DNA from: Candidatus Gastranaerophilales bacterium
GTDB taxonomy: Bacteria > Cyanobacteriota > Vampirovibrionia > Gastranaerophilales > JAILCC01
DNA length: 64,000 bases
Direction of reading: 5' to 3'
Assembly (NCBI GenBank): GCA_045598245.1
Contig: JAZLLQ010000031.1
Location: 5,532 to 69,531 of the forward strand
How positions within the stretch are numbered: the stretch's first letter is position 1; each line of letters opens with the position of its first letter. The translations under genes were made by a program, and so were the position numbers. Under the pieces are notes generated by a model, which saw nothing but the letters and a program-made list of their open reading frames with translations, was not told the origin of the DNA and did not search any database. Below, in pieces: positions 57,934-64,000 of the stretch.

Positions 57934-59384
57934 TTTTCTTTTAAAACTTTTATGGTTTTATAGTTCACCAAATAAGGCAAATGGTTCTCGGTAACCAATT
58001 CACCGGGTGCAAGTACGAATATCCCGGGCGGACATTCTGCGATTAAATCAACACTAATTCTGCCAATTGCTTTTGCGGTTTCAACAATTTCAAAACCTCT
58101 GTAAAAAGCATCTTTTGGTGACATTTTAATTATCGGGTCAAGCAAAGGAACAAATTTGTAATTTTCAAACTGAGAAATATCGGTATAATCTTTAGATGCA
58201 ATATCTTTAATTGCCTCGACAAGAATTTTTACATCCTCTAAATTACTGCCTATATTTAACAAAACCAAAATGCCGTTATCCGTTGAGGCTTCAATTTCGA
58301 TATTATAATCAGTTTTTAAAATATTCTCAATTCTTCGCCCGCAAATATTTTTAACCATAATATAAACTCTTGCAGGTTCAAGATTAAATCCGTCTTCCTC
58401 AGTCAAAACAAGAACTTTTGGAAAATTTCTCAATTCGTTTTTTACATAAGTTGCAAAATTAATTGCTTTTTCAATATTCACCTGACCTTCTTTAGATTGA
58501 AGGTAGGCTCTTGCTGCATCCAAACTTGTTAAAAGAGTAACAGACGGACTTGTCGTATGTAAAAGCCTTAAATTGTTTTCAATAACTTCAGGGAAAATTT
58601 TTGAAGTTTTTGAAAGACTTAAAATTGAACTTTGAGAAAAACTTCCTGCGGTTTTATGCATAGAATGAACAACGACATCTGCACCTAACTGCAAAGCACT
58701 TGTCGGCATTTTATCGGAAAAATTCCATAAAGCTCCATGTGCTTCATCAACAGCAAGCATAACATTATATTTTTTGCAAATATCTGAAATTGTTTTTATA
58801 TCACTAATAACACCTTCATAAGTAGGACTTGTAATCCAAACTAAAGAAACATCATGATTTTCTTTTAATGCTTTTTCTATTGAACGAGGAGAAATTTCCC
58901 CCCAAATGCTCCACTCTTCATGCTTTTGAGGATTTATCCAAATCGGTTTTGCGCCTGTCATAATCAAACCTGTTATAACCGAGCGATGACAATTTCTACC
59001 GATAATTACTTTCGTATTGGGTTTTAAACAAGTCAAGGCAATTGCAAAATTCCCGATAGATGAACCGTTCAATAAAAAGTATGAATAGCTTGCACCAAGA
59101 GCTTGTGCCATCAACTCCTGCGCTTTTTTAACAGGACCTGTTGCAGGATGCAATGTTCCAAAACTGTTAAATTCATCAGTATTATCAAGAAGTGCACCTT
59201 CTTTTAAAAGTGTCTTAAATTGTGCTAAAAGTCCCTGACCTTTTGTATGACCTGGAATATGAAATTGTAACGGAGGATTATTTAAACTGTTTTGCAATGC
59301 ATCAACAAGCGGAGCCTCGACATCCTCTGCAATAATTGTGTTATTGTCAATTTTATCTGAATGAGTTTGGGAAAAATCTTTCAA
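57930..59384 (-). CDS. PLP-dependent Orn/Lys/Arg decarboxylase (fold type I, SpeA/YaaO-like)
   Basis: PGH.KG start block (HIPGHTKGQG). PLP-lysine context HSMHKTAGSFSQSS. DEAHGA. TTG start with AGAGG SD. The 3' end overlaps convergent rimO by 4 nt. Confidence 0.8.
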   Translation of the reverse strand: MKDFSQTHSDKIDNNTIIAEDVEAPLVDALQNSLNNPPLQFHIPGHTKGQGLLAQFKTLLKEGALLDNTDEFNSFGTLHPATGPVKKAQELMAQALGASYSYFLLNGSSIGNFAIALTCLKPNTKVIIGRNCHRSVITGLIMTGAKPIWINPQKHEEWSIWGEISPRSIEKALKENHDVSLVWITSPTYEGVISDIKTISDICKKYNVMLAVDEAHGALWNFSDKMPTSALQLGADVVVHSMHKTAGSFSQSSILSLSKTSKIFPEVIENNLRLLHTTSPSVTLLTSLDAARAYLQSKEGQVNIEKAINFATYVKNELRNFPKVLVLTEEDGFNLEPARVYIMVKNICGRRIENILKTDYNIEIEASTDNGILVLLNIGSNLEDVKILVEAIKDIASKDYTDISQFENYKFVPLLDPIIKMSPKDAFYRGFEIVETAKAIGRISVDLIAECPPGIFVLAPGELVTENHLPYLVNYKTIKVLKEN

Positions 59385-59454
59385 CCATGCAACCTCTTAG
59401 AAAAACTAATCTGTACATATAAAAGCATAAAGTGAAAATTTTTGCCACATTTTT

Positions 59455-60264
59455 TTAAAGTCCTCTTAATATTTCCCGAATAAGTGCAGAAAACTTTTCC
59501 TTTACTGCAGTTCCCGCTTCCATTACTTCTTGATGTGTGAGTTTAACATTCTTAATACCAGCGGCATAATTAGACAAACAAGATATACCAAGAACCCTCA
59601 TCCCGCAGTAATTAGCAACAATAGCTTCGGGAACAGTTGACATACCTATCGCATCAACCCCCATAATTTTAAGCATTTTTACTTCTGCAGGTGTTTCGTA
59701 AGATGGTCCTGAGTTAGCGGCATAAACACCTTCGCAAACCTGAATATTTAATTTATCGGCACAACGATGTGCATAATCAATAAGATTTTTATCGTAAATT
59801 TCACTCATATCAGGGAATCGAGTACCAAGTTCATCATCGTTCTTTCCTATAAGAGGATTTGTTCCCATTAAATTTATATGGTCGTTAATAAGCATCAGGG
59901 AACCAACTTCAAAATTTTCATTAACAGAACCTGCAGCATTTGTAATAATGAGTTTTTCAATTCCCAATTTTTTCATGACTTTTATTGGAAAAACTATTTC
60001 TTGAATTTTATACCCTTCATAATAGTGGATACGCCCCTGCATGATAATTACATCTTTCCCTTGGAGTTTTCCTATAACAAGTTGTCCGACATGTCCTGTT
60101 ATTGAAGACTGCTGAAATGCAGGAATTTCATGGTATTTAAGTTTTATAGGATTAGTTATTTCATCTGCCAAACTGCCTAAGCCAGACCCTAAAATTAATG
60201 CTATTTTAGGTTTATACTTACCCCCGATTTTTTCTTTAATATAATCAGCTGCTTGTAAAAGCAT
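59455..60264 (-). CDS. purine nucleoside phosphorylase (PNP family 2, PunA-like)
   Basis: ALILGSGLG, GRIHYYEG, TNAAGS, GPSYETPAE, GMSTVPE blocks. Confidence 0.9.
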   Translation of the reverse strand: MLLQAADYIKEKIGGKYKPKIALILGSGLGSLADEITNPIKLKYHEIPAFQQSSITGHVGQLVIGKLQGKDVIIMQGRIHYYEGYKIQEIVFPIKVMKKLGIEKLIITNAAGSVNENFEVGSLMLINDHINLMGTNPLIGKNDDELGTRFPDMSEIYDKNLIDYAHRCADKLNIQVCEGVYAANSGPSYETPAEVKMLKIMGVDAIGMSTVPEAIVANYCGMRVLGISCLSNYAAGIKNVKLTHQEVMEAGTAVKEKFSALIREILRGL

Positions 60265-60278
60265 AAAATCTCCTTATA

Positions 60279-60899
60279 TTACTGAGGAATAAAAGAACAA
60301 TATTCTAAAGTTGCCCAATCGGTATAATAATTAATTTGCGTAGCACTACCTGTCGGCACCAAGATTTTTCCCTGATGCTCCGCATCAATATCCAAAACAG
60401 AAGCAATTGCAGACTGAATTACGGATTTGTGAGTAATTATAGCAACCGTCTGATGCTCATGTGCATTAACAATTTCATCCATAACTTTTTTAATTCTATT
60501 GCGAACAGCCTGTGTAGTTTCGCCTCCTTCTGGCCAATAATTATACGGGTCTTTATGGTATTGTTCCAACATTTCAGGATATTTTTCTTCTATCTGCTCA
60601 AAAGTCAAGCCTGCCCAAATACCTGCTTTTCTTTCGTGCAACTCGTCTTTAATCCTATGCTCCAAATCATAAGCCTTTGCTAAAATTCTTGCACTCTGTA
60701 TAGAGCGTAAGGAAGAACTCGTATAAATAACATCAAATTGCGGAATTGATTTGATAAACCATTTTGACAATGTTTCCATTTGTTGTTTACCAAGCTGATT
60801 AATTGGCGGATATTCTTCACCGTCATACAATCTTTTTTGTTCACTATATATTGTTGAACCATGCCTGATTAATATTACTTTGCACTTACGTTTAATCAT
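60279..60899 (-). CDS. histidine phosphatase family protein (phosphoglycerate-mutase-like)
   Basis: ILIRHGST (RHG catalytic motif). SSSLRSIQSA. Second His in ITHKSVI. Confidence 0.8.
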   Translation of the reverse strand: MIKRKCKVILIRHGSTIYSEQKRLYDGEEYPPINQLGKQQMETLSKWFIKSIPQFDVIYTSSSLRSIQSARILAKAYDLEHRIKDELHERKAGIWAGLTFEQIEEKYPEMLEQYHKDPYNYWPEGGETTQAVRNRIKKVMDEIVNAHEHQTVAIITHKSVIQSAIASVLDIDAEHQGKILVPTGSATQINYYTDWATLEYCSFIPQ

Positions 60900-60961
60900 A
60901 ATAACCTCACTTGTTATCTAATATTTTCGCACATTTTTCGGATTTTAACAAGTAGCAGAGC

Positions 60962-60990
60962 AATAAAAAGGGGTCTTTTGAATGACCCTC
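60962..60990 (-). terminator. rho-independent terminator of the permease gene
   Basis: The minus strand reads AGGGTC-ATTCAAAA-GACCCC followed by TTTTTATT. It starts about 30 nt after the stop at 61019. Confidence 0.6.
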
Positions 60991-61018
60991 TATTTAAGAC
61001 CATTAGATTTTTATAAAC

Positions 61019-62302
61019 TTAGAAAAATTTTATCAAAAGATAAAATGTTGAAATAAACAAAGCAATAATAGTAATTACAGACCCATATTTCATAAATTGC
61101 ATAAAGGTAATTTTATGACCTTCTGCTGCTGATTTTTCAGATACAATAACATTTGCGGCAGCACCAACGATAGTAAAATTGCCTCCCAAACAAGCACCTA
61201 ATGATAACGCCCACCATAATGGAGCTAAATTCATACTTGAGCCGAGTTCCGAAATTAAAGGTGCCATAGTAGCAGTGTATGGAATGTTATCCACAACTCC
61301 TGATATAATTCCGGAACCCCACAAAATCAACATCGAAGCAAGTTTTGTATCTCCGCCGGTTGCTTCAATAATTTTATTTGCAAGCAAATGTATACCTCCG
61401 GTTGCTTCAATACCGCCTATAATAATAAATAAGCCCGAAAAGAAAACAATTGTATTCCATTCGACATTCAGCAGAACATCTTTTGGCTTTTCAAATAAAA
61501 GCATTATTCCTGCACCTGCCATTGCGGAAACATAAGCAGCCAAACCGGTTTTATCATGAAGTACGAAACCTGTAATGACAAGTGCCAATATAACTATTGA
61601 CCTTATCATAAGATTTTTGTTTATAATTGTTTGGGAATTATCTAATTCCATGATTTTTTGTATATTTTCAGGTTTTGTCTTGATTTCGTTTCTAAACCAA
61701 ATTCCTAAAATCACAACGCTGACAAGCAATATAACAGCTATAACAGGAGTTAAATTAATGACAAAATCCATAAATGATAATCCTGCCTTACTGCCAATAA
61801 TGATGTTTGGAGGATCGCCAATTAATGTAGAAGTACCGCCAATATTAGAAGCCAATACTTCACTTATTAAAAAAGGAACAGGCGATATTTCAAATTGTTT
61901 TGCAATAACAAAAGTCAGAGGCATAACTAAAATTACAGTCGTAACATTGTCCAAAAACGCACTTACAACAGCTGTAAATACCGCCAACACTGATAAAACC
62001 AAAATCGGTTTACCTTTTGTAAGTTTCACCATCTCAATTGCAAGCCAATCATACATCCCGCTTTTAGCAGATATGTGAACAATAATCATCATACTGACGA
62101 GCAAAAAAAGTACGTTGAAATCAACATATTTAAAAGCATCCGTTGAGCCGACCAAACCCAGCAAAAGAGTTAAAGAAGCACCTATAACGGCAATTACCAT
62201 CTTAGGTATTTTTTCAAGTGCAATAAAGACATAGGCAACACCTAAAATTGCAAAAGCAATATACATTGAGTATTGCTGAACAAACCCTTGTATAATATCC
62301 AT
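61019..62302 (-). CDS. ArsB/NhaD-superfamily (CitMHS-like) anion permease
   Basis: 427 aa, about 10-12 TM helices. Duplicated halves with GGTSTLIGDPPNIII and GGNFTIVGAAANVIV re-entrant-loop-like motifs typical of this permease superfamily. Confidence 0.6.
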   Translation of the reverse strand: MDIIQGFVQQYSMYIAFAILGVAYVFIALEKIPKMVIAVIGASLTLLLGLVGSTDAFKYVDFNVLFLLVSMMIIVHISAKSGMYDWLAIEMVKLTKGKPILVLSVLAVFTAVVSAFLDNVTTVILVMPLTFVIAKQFEISPVPFLISEVLASNIGGTSTLIGDPPNIIIGSKAGLSFMDFVINLTPVIAVILLVSVVILGIWFRNEIKTKPENIQKIMELDNSQTIINKNLMIRSIVILALVITGFVLHDKTGLAAYVSAMAGAGIMLLFEKPKDVLLNVEWNTIVFFSGLFIIIGGIEATGGIHLLANKIIEATGGDTKLASMLILWGSGIISGVVDNIPYTATMAPLISELGSSMNLAPLWWALSLGACLGGNFTIVGAAANVIVSEKSAAEGHKITFMQFMKYGSVITIIALFISTFYLLIKFF

Positions 62303-62368
62303 AAATTATCCCCTCATTAATCACTAAATTAACTCTATTATACTTGGGTAAAAATTTTTAGTAAACTT

Positions 62369-63310
62369 TTATTTTTCATTCTCATCTTTAATTGTGACAA
62401 TAAGACCTTTTTTCTCTTTCTTATCTTGTTTTTTCGTGATTTCAGAAGGAGTAGCTGATATCGGGTCAGAAGTATTGCTTATAGTTTTTTCAGCTAGAGT
62501 ATCTTTGATATCCTCTTGTTTTTTAAATTTACCGATTCCGTACTTTATACACCTGTACGCTAAATAACCAAGCACTCCGGCAATAAGTATCCCTCCGATT
62601 AATCTTACCTTGTTTTGAAACATACCTGATAAACCATCCCTTTTAAGAGCATCTACCATTGCCCCAAATTTTGAAGTAGACACTTTCACACACTTATCTG
62701 TTTTTAATGCCAAATCAGATACATCAGGGACAAAATTTGTTGCAAAATATTTATCCGTACCTCCTACATAAAATGTTTTCGCCTTGTTACTAAAGCAAAT
62801 ATCAAATATACTTTTCGCCGTTTGAGTTTTTGTTTTGAAATTATTTTCTGCAATTTTAACAAAATTCTGCACAACATCGGAGCCATTTGCAGAGCTGAAA
62901 TCTAAAACTGAAGAAGCACGATACATTAACCGCTGACCTTTCCTATATAGAGAGCGCAAAATATCGTTTTCACAAACCTTTCTCACAATGGGCAATCCGT
63001 TAATCAGATTTGGATCTAAAGCTGATAAAACAGAAGGATGAACTCCCGTAATATGAACAAAATTCGCAGAGCAGGACTTATACGGCATAAACACACTGCT
63101 TGCAGAAGTACCGCCAAAAGAAGGTTTTAAGATACAACCGTCTTTAATAATGCTCATTGCATTTTTTAAAGTCGTAGTGTGTTCCTCAATTCGTATACCC
63201 ATCGCCCGTCTTAGACCCGACATAAGTCCTTTATAGCCCAAATACGTTCCTCCTGCAATTGCGGCAGAACCAAGAACGGGATTGTAGTTTTTATCTACAC
63301 CGATACTCAT
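62369..63310 (-). CDS. hypothetical protein with C-terminal TM helix
   Basis: 313 aa. Hydrophobic helix LIGGILIAGVLGYLAY near the C-terminus, followed by a Lys/Glu-rich tail. No family recognised. Confidence 0.5.
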   Translation of the reverse strand: MSIGVDKNYNPVLGSAAIAGGTYLGYKGLMSGLRRAMGIRIEEHTTTLKNAMSIIKDGCILKPSFGGTSASSVFMPYKSCSANFVHITGVHPSVLSALDPNLINGLPIVRKVCENDILRSLYRKGQRLMYRASSVLDFSSANGSDVVQNFVKIAENNFKTKTQTAKSIFDICFSNKAKTFYVGGTDKYFATNFVPDVSDLALKTDKCVKVSTSKFGAMVDALKRDGLSGMFQNKVRLIGGILIAGVLGYLAYRCIKYGIGKFKKQEDIKDTLAEKTISNTSDPISATPSEITKKQDKKEKKGLIVTIKDENEK

Positions 63311-63355
63311 TAAAATATCCTTAAATTACCCTTACATATATAAAGTAATTTAGAA

Positions 63356-64000
63356 TTAACAAATTGCCTTTATTATCATCTCACAGTTTTTACAGTCAAA
63401 TTCAAGAGAATATTTCTTCTTATATTCATCCTCTAAGTATAATTTTTCCGTACTTTTACAACGACCTAAAGCATACTTGATACAATGTTTTGTTCGCATT
63501 AATTCACAATTTTTTTTAGCTGTTTTTTCAAAAGAAGGTTCTAAAACTTTTGCTCCTCGTTTTTCATAAAATTTTTTAGCATAGGAGTTATGAACATTGG
63601 CACGATAGTCTAATTCTTTTTTGTAATATGGAACTACACTTATTGTTGATTTTTGAGGTCGCTTATAATTTTTAAGTCGTTCATCCATCAATAAACCTAA
63701 AATATTTCTTCTCATATCATTAATTTTAGAAACAGGAATAAAAGGAATATTTTTTAAATTCAGATTTACATTTTCACAATAAAAATCGCTTTCACCTGTT
63801 TTTTTGAGATGTTCTATTATATTACTTTTGGCTTTCTCAATATTTTGAGCAGATTCAAAATTACCGATTTTTAATGACACGCAATTATTATCTTCATCAA
63901 TTGCTCTTAATACATTGTCAGAAAAATCAAAATCAACTTTTATTTTTCTGCAAGTTTTTGAATGTTCAAGTTGATTATTAAATTCAACATCAATATTTCT
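63356..64000 (-). CDS. C-terminal part of a long U32-family peptidase-like protein (N-terminus outside window)
   Basis: The frame stays open from the GTG at 63880 up to position 64000 (...RNIDVEFNNQLEHSKTCRKIKVDFDFSDNVLRAIDEDNNC-V-SLKIGNF...). C-terminal Cys pattern LMRTKHCIKYALGRC ... EFDCKNCEMII resembles the C-terminal domain of long YhbU/PrtC-type U32 proteins, as recalled from memory. Confidence 0.45.
   Translation of the reverse strand, partial: RNIDVEFNNQLEHSKTCRKIKVDFDFSDNVLRAIDEDNNCVSLKIGNFESAQNIEKAKSNIIEHLKKTGESDFYCENVNLNLKNIPFIPVSKINDMRRNILGLLMDERLKNYKRPQKSTISVVPYYKKELDYRANVHNSYAKKFYEKRGAKVLEPSFEKTAKKNCELMRTKHCIKYALGRCKSTEKLYLEDEYKKKYSLEFDCKNCEMIIKAIC

Overview
This is a strongly AT-rich, very gene-dense bacterial chromosome segment with about 60 CDS. 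I saw no rRNA, tRNA, CRISPR array, transposase or phage genes.

Recognisable core genes:
- Electron transfer and amino-acid metabolism: fixC/fixX-like pair, ilvD, proC, a serB-like HAD phosphatase, thrC, hom.
- Replication, translation and RNA processing: xerC-like recombinase, rpmH-rnpA-yidD, ligA, ruvX, rimO.
- Other: kdsB, crcB, yajQ, a PLP decarboxylase, a purine nucleoside phosphorylase.

The cell looks diderm. Evidence is kdsB, a BamB-like lipoprotein, a roughly 2100-aa Pmp-repeat autotransporter and a 3x SLH-domain protein. That combination plus low GC fits lineages such as Melainabacteria (Vampirovibrionia) or Negativicutes. This is inference only and is not verifiable here.

A Wsp-like chemosensory module lies at 6.1-12.5 kb. 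It comprises a CheW-CheW fusion, REC-GAF-GGDEF, a short MCP and a CheA-REC hybrid.

Most interesting observations:
1. A recurring N-terminal tag, M-[QKRNH]-[IV]-x-x-[IV]-N ... F-x-G, sits on at least nine otherwise unrelated proteins that lack Sec signals. They include tandem papain-fold peptidase-like paralogs, a giant membrane-anchored glycogen-synthase-like protein, a two-unit M16 peptidase, a GNAT and several small unknowns.
2. The accessory-looking block at 24.1-39.4 kb is built almost entirely of such unknowns.
3. A GC-enriched, probably non-coding 250-nt segment at 35.33-35.58 kb is a candidate structured RNA.
4. A conserved 22-nt box, followed by a position-conserved but sequence-divergent inverted repeat, precedes two paralogous coiled-coil genes.
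5. There is a hybrid-cluster-protein homolog with its metal ligands replaced.
6. There is a Toprim-only OLD-like protein.

Several start codons in the ORF track were revised on the basis of Shine-Dalgarno placement. rpmH, which is too short for the track, was added manually.
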